The notes under the pieces are model-generated. The model was not told the DNA's origin. It ran no database searches and saw only the letters and a program-made list of their open reading frames with translations. A stretch of DNA of 64,000 nt from NCBI GenBank assembly GCA_051294375.1, contig CM119269.1:21843167-21907166 (forward strand), in the 5' to 3' direction. This document shows positions 23,841-39,607 of this stretch, one piece after another. This DNA comes from Paraspadella gotoi. Its lineage: Eukaryota > Animalia > Chaetognatha. The position numbers and the translations under genes were made by a program. Within the stretch, counting starts at the first letter, position 1, and each line of letters begins with the position of its first letter.

Positions 23841-26595
23841 AAGAGCCGATTACAAACTAAATTTTCCTTCGCCACTCGGCTCCTGTATCATTGCCTTTGT
23901 TATTATGCTATAGTCCTCTCTATCTTGTAGTTTTCCTCTCGCGATGCCAGAGATGCCATTTGTTTTTGGTAGATATTGCTTCAGCCCATCGCCGGTTTGG
24001 GTCTGGCATGTATTGATTCTGTCGCAGACATCCTTTTTCTGTCCGGGCAAGATGTCTTTTCCCTTTATTTTGTAATGTTTTTTGGCGCATGCCTTCTGCT
24101 CGTGAGCATGCATTTTTTACAATTGTATAAAAAACGATGTTTTTTGAGAAGCTGAAATAGACATTGATGTTTGAAGAAGATAACTACGCGTTTTTCTCAA
24201 CAGATAGAAAAATTACTTTTCAGCTCTTCGAGATAAAGGCCGCCTACTGCTTTTGTTGTTCTTGCTGTAATTTGTGTTAGGTTTTCAGCGATTGGCAATG
24301 TTGTTGCAGCATACATTACAGCATTTCAGCAATTCAAAGGCAGAAATTCTTTGTGTTACTTTGCTAGATTGTGAAGAGATAGAAAGAGAGAAAGAGAAAG
24401 GAAACTCTCCACTCGCAATCAGACTAAACAGAAAATGGTTATATTGGGGTCAATCAAAGTTTTGTTCTAAAGTATAAAAGTTAAGAAAGAAAAAAAAAAA
24501 TTAATAATATAAATAAAAAATTCTCCCACTCAATAATATGTTACAGCGGTGTTACAGATTAGCACACATAATGACATTCCTTCATTCGGCGTGTTTTATC
24601 TATTACTCTGGCCCTTCAAGGTGGAACAGCAACGCTCTTAAGCCTCTTTGCCTTCCATGCGATCGGCGAAGACCCGAACATATCAGCTTTCTTACGATTA
24701 ATATCTCGCTCGTTCTCATACATCGTCAGATTCGCTCGCCGAAGCCCTTGCGCCTTTCCATGACTGGCGCTGCTCTCTACTCGCGGCAAAGATTGGAGGC
24801 CTTCTTCCTCTGGACCTGATGAGAGTTGAGATCAGACGACGGGGAGGTTCGTTAGCTCCTTCACATCGTCACTGACTTAAACGGGACTCGTAGGCTCGAC
24901 GTGGACATTGAGAGCGAAAGGTTTCGAAGAGTGCGGATATTCCGCAATACCGCTAGGGGCCATCACGCAGGATTTTTGGGTTTGAGAACGTACAGGTGGG
25001 TAGATTTATTTAATATATTGATATTGAATTACAGAGAGAGAGAGAGAAAGAGAATGTTTCGGAGTATGAGACCTCCTTTCCTCTTCTGTGTCTTTAATTT
25101 ATTATTAACTCTTATCCCGGATCTAGCGACTGTCATATCAAGATACATCATGATCTATTTATCTCGATGCACTGTAACTTCGATATTAATGATTGGGCTA
25201 TTCTTGCTAATCAATTAGGTCGTTAGATTTACTTAACTACTTTACTTACTATATAAATACTGATTCGTTCTTTTAGATGCAAAGTCCTTTATTAGGAAGC
25301 AAGATTTATCAATTTCATGTGCTGATCAGAAACTTTAATGATTAATTCATATTTGAATATCATTCTTTACTCTTCTCATATAGCTTTGACTTGCATATCT
25401 GACATTGAAATAGTGCAATGTTGAATCTGATTAATCATCGCTTAGTAGCTATGCTGAATAGTTGAATAAGTATGTGAACTGCTACTTGTCACATCTGTTC
25501 TCTGACTGTGAATGCTTTCCTTTTACTGCCATGAATGTCTTACTCCTCTGCAGTATCTTTTATTCTGCTTCACATTCTACACCTTGACGACGGACATGAA
25601 GCAGCTTCCCGACTGTCGCATCTTATGACTCTTGACGTTAGTAATCTAACTCTTTGTTCTCTTTCTGATTACTATCAGATTCTGATACTTAGGTAACTAA
25701 CTTCTTACTTTAGTACTGCAATGCTAACGTCGCTTCTTTGAACTGAATGCACCTCTTGTTAGGATAGCGACTGTGTCGTCGCTTAGTGTAGTCCCGAATA
25801 CCTCCGTAGCAACGCTCTCTCTCTCTCACCTTCCTTCCTCCCTTTACAACTCTGAATCGACCTTGCGTCGACTTTTGTCGTATTCGTCACCGCAGGACAA
25901 GAAAAAATCCCTCGTAGCCATTCAAGGCCAAAAGAAACTCAAGCCAAACTTTGATGCGTCAAATAAATAAATAAATAAATAAGGATTATACCTTTTGACA
26001 TCATACATAAAATGAATCGTACGATGTAGGTTTAATGTAATACCTAACGTGAAAAAAAATAAACATTAGATCAAATTCAACTGAACTTTAACTGTTAATA
26101 ATTTTTAAATGAGGTTTTAAGATTGAGATAATATATTAACTTGTTGTGAATCTTATAGGTTTAGATTTAATACATGAAATAAAAATATGTAATATAGTTA
26201 CTTAACTTTAATTGAATAACATTTTAGAAATAAAAAGTGAAACAATAAACTAACAACAAAAAAACAAACAAACACGCCCCCCTAACTTCAGAGGCGTCGT
26301 CAAGGCCTTTTTTAATCTCTACTCTCATCAATTTTCTTCACAAACATTGGATCGTGAAAAAAAATGAGGAAGGAGAAATCACAAGTTGAAAAAAAANNNN
26401 NNNNNNNNNNNNNNNNNNNNNNNNNNNNNNNNNNNNNNNNNNNNNNNNNNNNNNNNNNNNNNNNNNNNNNNNNNNNNNNNNNNNNNNNNNNNNNNNNNNN
26501 NNNNNNNNNNNNNNNNNNNNNNNNNNNNNNNNNNNNNNNNNNNNNNNNNNNNNNNNNNNNNNNNNNNNNNNNNNNNNNNNNNNNNNNNNNNNNNN

Positions 26596-26627
<32 letters not shown>

Positions 26628-26806
26628 CTCTCTCTTTTTCTCTCTCCATCTCTCTCTCTTCGCCACACAGGCGCCGTTGTCTCGATCTGATTTGAAGACA
26701 GAAAACGAGAAGGAGAGAGAGAGAGACAGAGACAGAGAGATGAGAGAGAGAGAGACAGAGACAGAGAGGTGGAGAAAGATACTAGAAGAGAAAAAATACC
26801 TGTGTA

Positions 26807-27365
26807 CAGGGAGGTCCAGCTATTCTGGGACTAACTTCAAGTGCTTACAGCACAAAAAAGGTTTATGAAACAAAAGATTATATTTGAAAACGAGGCTAAA
26901 TTTTTTTTCAAACGATGTCAAAAACGTCTAAAAAATCCAACAGCAAATACTGTATTTAAAGCTTTTTGCGTGACATGTCAAAATTCTTTGTTTCCTTACA
27001 AACTTTTGGGAAATTTTGCTGAAAATCAAGATGAAGGATGGTGACTACTAACTTTTGGCCGCACAGTTTTTCTGACTGCAATCCCCCTGATTAATGAAAA
27101 GATAAGGAAGCTGAATGTCCTACACATCCCCTTTAAACCTGTCGACTTTCGGACAGCAAGAATAGTGACAGAAATGACAGCATTCCCTACTGGCGCCTTC
27201 TCTGAACCTTAAAAGAAGGTCATGGTTACCAAAGGGAAATCTTTTTAATTGATTGTATCATCATTATAATTTTTTACAAGTGTTATAATTTTCATAAGAT
27301 TATCTTTTTATTTACCCGTCCAAACAATTTTTTAAAGTTAGTCCTAAAAAAGCTGGACCACCCTG
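26807..27365 (+). mobile_element. Internally deleted Tc1/mariner-superfamily DNA transposon (559 bp)
   Basis: ~33-bp TIRs: CAGGGAGGTCCAGCTATTCTGGGACTAACTTCAA vs reverse complement CAGGGTGGTCCAGCTTTTTTAGGACTAACTTTAA. TA on both sides (26805-26806, 27366-27367). Internal 'NFWPHSFSDCNPPD' resembles the WPxxSPDLNPxD transposase motif. Confidence 0.88.
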
Positions 27366-27446
27366 TATAGATGGATAATAGAAAACCTTTTTATCCTCAT
27401 AGGATTTTAAAGTCTACGAATTGAAAATTAAAACGAGGGTTTGAGT

Positions 27447-29925
<2,479 letters not shown>

Positions 29926-30466
29926 AAATATTTCAAATATTTTTTGAAGCAGAAGGGCAAGGAGCTAAAAATTGAAGATTTCAAATTACGTATTTAGCGA
30001 TTTTTCTCACGTAATATTTTTTTTGATAAAGAGTTTTGGCTTTTGCCCTTTTTAGACAGATTTTTTTGGATTAATTGTTTCAGGGATGAATTTTTTACGA
30101 ATTAAATTTTCTCGAGCGGAATTTTAAAAAAAAAATCCGAAGCGAATATAATTTATGATAGAGATAAAAGATTATTGAATGATATCGATTAAATTATTGC
30201 GCTTTTGATATATATATATATATATTGATATTTAATGATCATAGTTTTAGGTCCCTCATTTTATTTGTCATACTTAAAACTTTAATTGTATTAGTAATTA
30301 GTTATACAGTCCAAGTAAACAGGTATAAAATTATTAAAGAAACAAAAAAAAGAAAACATGCTCTTTTTTTTCTTTTTAATTGTTCGTGAATTACAGTGTC
30401 CGCATGAGAATGAGCTGATCCAACGTGGATATAACCTTTCCAGGAGAAAAAGACAACCTATTAAGA

Positions 30467-30614
<148 letters not shown>

Positions 30615-31397
30615 ATGTCGAAAAAGAAAAAGATAAAGAGAAAAAGAGAAAGAGTGAGATAGAGACAGAGCGAGACTCGACTTAATATTACATGAACCTT
30701 TAAGCACAACTGGGGAACAATAACCAAGCGATGAGATTCATTTGAATTCTGCGGTTCGCACTGTATACGACTTGGCGAAGGAGAGAGAGAGGGAGATAGG
30801 AGTGAGAGAGAGAGAGAGAGAGAGGGAGAAAGAGAGAGAGGGAGAGAGAGAAAGGGAGAGGAGGGAGGAAAGCCGAGAAAGGAAGGAATTAAGTGGAGAA
30901 AGGAAAGAAAACGATTCGTAGAGGACAAAGTATTGGACAAAGATGGGACAAGAAGAATTTGACAAAAAAGAGTGAATAAGGACAAGGAAGAGACAAAGAG
31001 GATGGAGATTAGACAACGAGGATAAAGAAAGTCTAATGGACAATGAGTATTTGGGGAAAAGATGACCAATAGGTCAATGATGAGTTGACAAAGAAAAGAC
31101 AAGGAAAAACTATCTAGTGGACAAAGTGGAAGAATTTAACATTTAACATATTAACAAAACATATTGTTACAGAGCGGTACATAGATTTATGTACAAACAA
31201 TCAAAAAGCATTAAGTCTACATAATTTACACGTATAAAAGTAATTTAAATTAGTTATTGAGTTATCATTGAACCCTTTCCGTTTTTTATTGTTCCTCACA
31301 GGAAGAAGAGAGAGAAGCAGAAGAGATGAGAGAGAGAGAGAGAACCGAGAGAGACGAAGAGAGAGATAGAGATGAGAGAGAGAGATGAGAAGAGAGC

Positions 31398-31428
<31 letters not shown>

Positions 31429-32678
31429 TGGGCTTTAAAAAAAAGTCTTATCTTTTGTTTCCATTTTCTACGGTAATTGTATTGGGTTTTTATGCCTCAG
31501 GCGGAGCTGACTTTGCTGTGGTCGTCGTCGTCGTCGTCGTTGCTTTGGTCATTTACCCACGTCAGGGTCATTGTCAGTTTTGTAAATCCTTCTCATGACC
31601 GTCGCTTTTGTCATCTTTGTCATTGGGAAATTGTCAGTGTCGACCCATCAGTCGTCTTTGTCATCATTGTCTTCGTTATCGTTTCTGTCTTGTAACTTTT
31701 GTCTGACTACATTTTATTCAAGTAATTAAGTTGTAAAAACGTCGGGGTTTATAAATAATTTAAATAATTCTACGATTTCATTTGTTAGCAATTTTTTTTA
31801 GTAATTTTTTCAATGGAATCATTAATAAAAATCTCACTTTTAACTTAATTTTCACTCGGCCTTCTTTTTTTCACTCTTTCCCGATATTTTTTTTCGCCGT
31901 CATAAAATTCTCTCTCACTCTCGCTGAAAAGGAAGTTCCCCTCAAAAATTTTTTACCTCACGTGGACTCGAAATTGCAGCCCATAAAAAAGACGATATTT
32001 GTTAGAAGTTCCATATCGTAAAAAATATTTAAAAAAACCGCAGTTTTTTTTTCTTTTTATAAAAAAAAAATCCGGCTCGATGTACATTATGCACGAAAAT
32101 ATAAGCGAGGTAAGGAAGGAAGGAAGTATAAGGATAAGGAGGAATAAGGAAGGAACTCTCTTACTCATGCGACATTTTTTTATTTGAATCGTTGGGATAA
32201 GCGTCACGATTAGAAGGTTTTCGGTCAGTATGTCTGTCTGAAGGTAGTCAATAAGCTTTTGTATATAAAAAATGTTTTATTATCTAATCTATTATATATT
32301 TATTTCCTATAATGATATTTTTAAATATGCCAAAACGAAAGATGCAAATTTGTGAAAAAAATAATAAAATTTTTTTGGAGGCTATTATAAATATTTTTAA
32401 AAAACTAAGTTCGTGACTTATTAAATAAAAAAGATTTTTATCTCGTGAAGGATCGTATTTTTGTGCTTGTTGCGTAAATATATATAACTTTTGTAATTAG
32501 CTTATCATCTAAAAATATATCCGCGGAAAACAGTAACTGCGACATAAAAANNNNNNNNNNNNNNNNNNNNNNNNNACCAAAATTTGGTCGATTCCTTTTT
32601 TCTATTTTGCGTTTCGCAGTGTGAGACTAAACATTGTGGCTTCGGATGAAAAGTGACAAGTTTTTTTTTTTTTTTTAG

Positions 32679-32896
32679 TGTGAAGAGAAGAGTAAACATG
32701 AGAAATTCACGGCGCTTGGTAAGAGAAGGCGGGAAGCGGGAAAACCGGACGGTAGTCATGGCAGACAGCAGCGACAGCGGCGGACGGAACGCGACGCGGC
32801 GGTGCCGTCAGAGAAAATCCAGTATTTCCGCCGACGACGGTCAGCCCAAAAGTAGTGAGAAAGCGGCGTGCGGTGAAAATGTGATGCATAAAAAGG
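32679..32896 (+). CDS. Candidate exon, low-complexity S/R/G/K-rich, unknown product
   Basis: T16-AG acceptor, open frame (VKRRVNMRNSRRLVREGGKRENRTVVMADSSDSGGRNATRRCRQRKSSISADDGQPKSSEKAACGENVMHKK) and AGG|GTAATA donor. GC-rich island in an AT-rich background. Confidence 0.35.
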
Positions 32897-34094
32897 GTAA
32901 TAGAGAAAATAACTAAGACCATGGGAAAATGGCAAATCAATAAAAATAATATAAAGAATAAGTAAAAGACAAACCCCCCCCAAAAAATAACCTTTAAAAT
33001 TAAACATAATACAAAACTAATGAAAAGACATGAAAAAAAAGAATAAAAAAATTTTAAAATGAAAGAATCCAATAAATGGGGAATGGACGACGATTCGGTA
33101 TAACGAAGCCAGAAATTGACGCTGACTGGGAACAATCTCTTTTGTTGTGAACTGAAGGAGAAGAATCACCGTGAGTATGCGAAAATATGGCGTGGGAGAG
33201 AGGGGGGATGGCGAAAAGGCAGGAGCTAGGATGAGGCGGCAGGGGATAGGGGAAAGGAGGGAGGAGAGAGGAGCAGGAGAGAGATGAGAGAGATATAGTA
33301 GAGGAGAGAGAGAGAGAGAGAGAGAGATGATGAGAGAGAGAGGGATGCATAAGGCGTGTGATTGAGAGAATCCTTGTATAAATTAATTAATTTTTATATG
33401 TATGATAGATTAGAATAAATAGAGATAAATAGAGATAAATAGAGAGGTTTAGATAGATAAAAAGATGGCAAGTATTTTCTTTGATGTAGCCAAGCTTCAG
33501 CTTTCACCAATTCAGCTTGACGCTAATTTGTGAAGACGCAGTCGTGAAGTGAAGCTCTTCACGATATGACGAGAAAAAATTTGACGCCGTTCTTATGGTA
33601 AAATTTGCCTTCACGATGTCAAATCGTATTACCATATATCAAAATGTAAGTATGTATAAAGTATATATTAGGTTAGATTTCTACTTAATGTCAAGTCCTT
33701 AGGGATATGGGATTTAAAATTGGGCATCAGAGCTGGTAATGTCACGAGAAGAGAGAAGAGAGAGAGAGAGAGCAGAGGAGATGAGAGAATGAGATGAAGG
33801 GGAGAGAGAGAGAAGATAGAGAGAGAGAGAGAGGACAGATATAAAAAGCAACATAGGCAAAGGAAAACTCAAAAAATAAAATGAAGATATAAATTATAAA
33901 GAAGTCGAGCAATTTCGTTTCGAGGTTTGCGAAAGGATTTAGAGATAGAGAGGAAATGTATATAGGGTGATGGGAAATGATAGATGGAGGATGAAGGAAA
34001 TTGATAGAAGATCTGGTGCTGGGTAACATAAACTTCTTGTCTAATAAATTTAAACCAAGTAAAAAATGGTGGCTGGTGCGGATGGTGCTCGAGC

Positions 34095-34572
34095 CAAAAT
34101 GGCAGGGCGAATGAGGAGTTAAGGGAATTTTTGCAGGGTGGTGCTTATAATTCGCAGCCTCTGTTTGTAAATACTTGATTGGCAGGCTGAATGAGGAGTT
34201 AGGAAGTTTGGCAGAGTGGTGCTTTATAATTCGAGCCTCTGTGAATATATACTTGATTGGCAGGGCGAATGAGGAGTATAGGGAATTTTGGCAGCGGTCG
34301 TGCTTAATACAATTCGAGCCTCTGATGCTAATATACTTGATGGGCAGGCGCCGAATGTCAGGAGTTAGGGAATTTATGCCGTGGTGTGCTTATAATCGAG
34401 CCTTCTGTGTTATATCTACTTGATTGGCAGGTCGCGAATGAGGAGTTAGGGAATTTTGCAGGGTGGTTGCTTATAATTGAGGCCTCGTGCTATATATACA
34501 TTGCATTGGCAGGGCGAATGGAGGAGTTAGTGGAATTTTGCAGGGTGGTGCTTATAATCGAGCCTCTGTGGG
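34095..34572 (+). repeat. ~74-bp tandem repeat x6
   Basis: Units begin near 34100, 34180, 34259, 34343, 34426 and 34508. Approximate consensus GATTGGCAGGGCGAATGAGGAGTTAGGGAATTTTGCAGGGTGGTGCTTATAATCGAGCCTCTGTGTATATACTT. No unique spacers. Confidence 0.9.
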
Positions 34573-37243
34573 GTGTGGAAATAATAGAGGAGGATGAAGG
34601 AAATGATAGAGATTAAAGTTGCGAAGGGAAAATGCGAGAGAAAGAGAAAAAGATAAGTTGAGGAGCAGAGAAGTAAGAATTAAAAGAATTGAGAGAAAAT
34701 GGAGAGCAGACAGATAAAGAAAGGTTGACAGTGTGAACAATTGTAAAGAAAGGAGAAGGAAAGAGAGAGGGAAAAAGCAGAGACAATAATAGGAGAAAAG
34801 GATTAAAGGAAGAGGAGGAAGATAAAGGATAAAGCAGAGGAGAAAGAAAAAGGAAAGGAGGGAAAGGCATAAATGATAAAGGTAAGAGGCAGAAAGTATA
34901 AAGGATAAAGAAGAGGAGAAAGGGATAAATGGAAGAGGAAAAAGAAGAAAGGGAAGAGGGGAAAGGATTAAAGGAAAAGGAAGACGGAGAAAGGATAAAG
35001 GTAGAGGAGAAGTATAAAGGGGATAAAGAAAGAGGAGAAAAGCATAATGGATAAACCGAAGGGAGTGAGAAAAGGATAAAGGCATAAGGAAGAGGAGAAA
35101 GAAGAAAGGAAGAGGGGAAAAGATAAGGATAAAGGGAAAGAGGAGAAAGGAATAAAGCGATAAAAGGAAAGTAGGAACGTTATAAAGGATAAAGACAAGA
35201 GGGAGAAAAAGATAATGGAATAAACGAAAGAGGAGAAAGGATAAAGGATAAAGGAAGCAGGAGAGAAGAGAAAGGAAGGAGGAGACAAGGATAAAGGAGG
35301 ATTAAAGAAGACGAAAGGATTTTCGATTTTGACGTCGCCCGATCAAAAAATCTTTTGTTGAATTATCAAAAGCTAGAAGAACAAATTGAGAGTCTCACTT
35401 TTTCAGGTCTATCTTTTTTCCATCTTCTCTCTCTCTCTCCTCTCTCTCTCTCGCTCTCTCTCTCTCTCTCCTCTCTCTCTCTCATCTCTGCTGTCTCTCT
35501 CTCTCTTCTCTCTTATGTATCGTAACTGTGCAACACAGTCCCCCGAGTCCTGAAAACCGTCTCGCCTCCTCCAACTGACAAATCCAATCGTTTTCCTTGT
35601 TCGTGAAATATGATACACAGCCTTCGCCAAAACAAAACCCGATTCCATTTCTAAACACTCTTCTCTTTCCTCGCTGTCTCGCTCTCTCTGTGTCTCTGTC
35701 TCTCTCTCACTTTTTTTTTCTCTTTTCCTTCTTTCCGTTTTGTCTTAGCTTCTTTTTCTTGTGTATATTTTTTATTCCTTCCAGAAAAAAAAAAAGGCGA
35801 AAGAAAAAAACAAAAAAGAAATTCTTTCGATAAAAACTGCCTCTTTCTCTCTACAGGGGTCAGCCCCTCAATAGGTGAGACAAAAATTTACCAGTTGAGT
35901 ACATTGCCAAACGAAACTCATTAACATTTTTATTTTTAAGTATACTTTCAATGAACAAAAAAATTCTCTTATATGGCCTCTTATACCTTAGTAATTATTT
36001 TTTTTGATTCTTTTATTTATAGATAAGAAAGCTTCTTAAAGGCCTAAAATTTTTTTTTGAAATTTTAAATCTTAAGACCAGGATTCAGATAGCTCATAAA
36101 AAGTTGTCTATACCAAAGTATAATTCTTTTTTAAATATTTTAAAGATATTAACATAATAAAAAAAAGCTTTTTAACAAAAAATATTTTAATTATTAATTC
36201 TATGCTCATTATACTCTGTTTTCTTTTTCTTCTTATAATTGTTTTTTTTTTTTCTCTCAGTTTCTCTCCTGTATTTTTCCTCTCTCTCTCTCTCCTCTCT
36301 CTCTCCTCTTCTCGTCTTCTCTCATCTCTCTCTCTCTATCCTCCCCCACTATGCCTCCTTCTTTCTCTCTCTCTCTTGCTCCAATGTGATCTTCACTTGC
36401 TCCTGCTCTTCGACAAAATAAGCAATTTTCAGCGGGAAAATTTGTATTATTTAATCTTTAAAAAAAAGTTTTTAATATTTTTAACAAATATTTTTTTCTA
36501 TTGCAATTTTAATTTTATTCTTCATTTTTTATTCTATCTATTGATCAAAGCATTTTTAACCATATAAATAATCAAAACAAAAATAATATTATTTTGATTT
36601 TAAAAATTAGTAGTAAGTAAAGCTGAAAAATGTTATGAGTGCCGCAGTAGAGACAATCCAGTTTAAGCCCGTTGAAAGTGATTTACATGTATTGGCGCAG
36701 CAATCTGGTATTTTTTTAGACTTTGACATAATATTCTCTATCTTATTCTGTATTCTGTATATTTTGTCTTAATTTTAATATTCACTTACATTGTCCCACT
36801 TCTTGTTTTCTCTCTCTCTCTCTTCTTGCCTCTCTCTCCTCTCCTCTCTCTTCTCTCTCTCTCTCTGCTCTCTCTCTCTCTCTCTCAAAATGCTTCTTGG
36901 CTTCAGTGCCAAACATCCACCCAGATTCCTTTTCAGAGCAAGACTAATACTGCGAATCTTTTCACCTTTTGTTTTTCAATTATTTTCCATAATTCCTAAT
37001 CCCAAGTTAATAAATCTCTTACTCCTCTCTCTCTCTCTTCTCTCTCTCTCCTCTCTTCTCTCTTCTCTCATCTTTCTCTCTCTCTCTTATATTTCATTCC
37101 TCTTCCCGCGACCCAAAATTTACTTCCTCCTTTTTCAACTCCGAAGAGATGATCGACTGCGAACTTCTCTTCTTGTTTTTCTCTTCCGTTTCTTCATCTT
37201 GTATTGGTTGTGAAAGTCTTCCTCTCTCTCTCTCTCCCCACTC

Positions 37244-37274
<31 letters not shown>

Positions 37275-38093
37275 CTCCTCTCTCTCTCTCTCTCTCTCTT
37301 CTCTCCTCTCTCTTTCTCTCTCTCTCTCCTCTATCTCTCTCCTCTCTTCTTCTCTTCTTTCTAATCTCTTCTTTCTTTCTCTCCCTTCTTCTCTCTCTGC
37401 CTTCTCTCTCTATGTATCGCTAACTCTCTCCTCCTCCTCTCTCCCTCTGTCCCCTTCTCTCTCTGTCTCCCTTCCTCTCTCGGGTCAAACTGACTCTCTC
37501 TCCCTCTTTTTCCTCTTCCTCTCTCTCCCTCCCTCCCCCCTCTCCCTTCTCTCTCTCTGAGTATTTCAGCCTCGTAATTTTCCCTTCCCCTAGACGAAAG
37601 GAAAATTTTCCAAAACTTTCCCTCATACCGAATTCCGAGGCTAATTGACTCCATCTCTTTTCTCTCTCTCTCCTCTTTCTCTTCACTCTGTCTCGCTCTC
37701 ACTCTATTCTCCCCCCCCCCTAATTTTCTATTCTTTTTTTCTCTTCCTCGTCTCCGCTTTTTACTGCATAATTTTTTCCGTGCGTTTTGGTTCAGAGGGA
37801 AGGAAATCCTTCGACTTCGTTTTGAAAAAAAAGGAAAAAGAAAAAAAGTTTTTTTAAATTTAAATGAGAATTTGTTTTTCTTTTGGTTTCGCAAAGGAGA
37901 GAATCGGGCTTAAGGGGGAAGTTTGTCACGAAAGAGAGAGGGAGAGAGGGAGAGAGAGAGAGAGAAAGAGAGAGAGAGGAGATGAGAGACGAGACGAGAG
38001 AGAGAAGAGAGAGAAGAGAGAGAGAGAAGGTTAAAAATCCCGGCCATAAATTTCCCGCCCGAATTTCAGTACACATTTCTGACATTTTGGTCC

Positions 38094-38154
<61 letters not shown>

Positions 38155-39563
38155 TCTCTCTCTCTCTCTCTCATTCTCTCTCACACCCTTTCAGCCCCTT
38201 CCATATTTTCGGGCCATTTTTAAGGGGGATTTTAACCACTCGTGTGGCTTCGCGTTTTCTGCTTCCATTTTGGTTTCTGATCCTCACTTTATTTTTTTCA
38301 TTTTTTTATTTTTTGGTTTCTCTTCTTTTATTTTTTCTTTCTTTTTTATTCTATGATTTTCCTACTTCCCTTAAACTTATTTCATATTTCCCTTTATCTT
38401 TTCTTTATTTTCTTTTCTCTTTTCTTTACCATATCTTTCTCCTTCTTTTTTCCTCTTCTTTTTTTCTGACAAAAACAACCTTCTCACTTTATTCAAATAA
38501 CGATTTTTTTATAATTAAAGTCCTACTTGGAAAACGTTTTCCCGTTTCTTACCAACCTTTCCCTACCTGCTCTCTTTCCTACCATCCTTCCCTACCTTTC
38601 TCTCGATTCTTTTTTTAATATCTCTCCCCTTTCTCCTCCCATCGCACCACGCAGGTCAATTTTCCTCCTCACTTCACTTCTCCTCCCTCCTCCTCTTTCC
38701 TCCTCCCTCCTCCTCTTCCCTCAAAACGCCATCTGGCATTCCAGTTCCCAATCGCCCGCCCTCCCCGCGCGCCCTCTTCCGGTCGAAAGCGTTATCTCTC
38801 TCCCTGCGCAGCCGTTTAATTACAACGCGATAGTCGCAAAGTAATGGTCGTTTCCCTTCGTTGATGTTTTGTGCGGGTCTTCTCGCTGTTTGTTCCTTAT
38901 TTTCTGGTGTCGTCCATGTCGTTCTTCGTGAACTGGATCATGCTTTTACTTAACCTGTTTGTTGATATTGTTGTGTTGTCGTTTTTGTGTGTGTTAATTG
39001 TCATTGTCGTGTCGTTGTCGTTTTGTGTTGTTGTTGTAGTCCTTAAACTGTCATTGTCATCAACATCGTTGTTGTTGTATTGTTGTTCAAATCTTTGACG
39101 TTCATGATTTTCGATGATCCCGTAACCTCTAATGATCGAACCGTGATGTTGTTTGCCCTTGTTGTGTTGTTGTTTAACCCTCGTCGTCATCGTCTTCGTC
39201 GTCCGTCTCACGTTCGTACTCGGTCATCTAATTAAAACAAAACTCGTCCACTAACCGAACTGTTGTTAAGTTGTTTTTGTTAAATTATTAAAACAAAAGA
39301 CCGTGCAAATAAGGTCAAGTTTTGTTATTTTCTTACAAAAGATCGTTTTTGGTTTATGTGTTAATTGTTAGGTTTTTGTCATTTTATAGAAAGAGAGAGC
39401 TCTTGTTTTTATTTTTTAATTTGTTAATTTTAGTCATTTTATAAACAATAGTTCCCTGCTTGCTATCGTGCGATAAAAAATATTTATTATCAAAAAATTG
39501 ACGCTAGAAAAAATCTCTTCAAATTCTTTTAAAATGGAGACCTCCTTTCTCTTCTCTCTCTTC

Positions 39564-39607
<44 letters not shown>

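Larger units (their letters stand above)
14740..26230 (-). repeat. Long inverted duplication, arm 3 (carries a ~5.8-kb extra block at 19971-25815)
   Basis: Collinear reverse-complement match to 644-7000 on both sides of the extra block. Lacks ~5346-5957 of arm 1. Confidence 0.9.

Noticed and set aside
644-26230. Giant palindrome or large TIR element (Polinton/foldback) as a novel system
   Set aside because: No polymerase, capsid or transposase genes lie between the arms. The arms contain ordinary host-like DNA, end at or near assembly gaps and differ by read-type errors, so an artefact or uncollapsed haplotype is more parsimonious.
34095-34572. Possible CRISPR array
   Set aside because: The entire unit repeats head-to-tail with no unique spacers.
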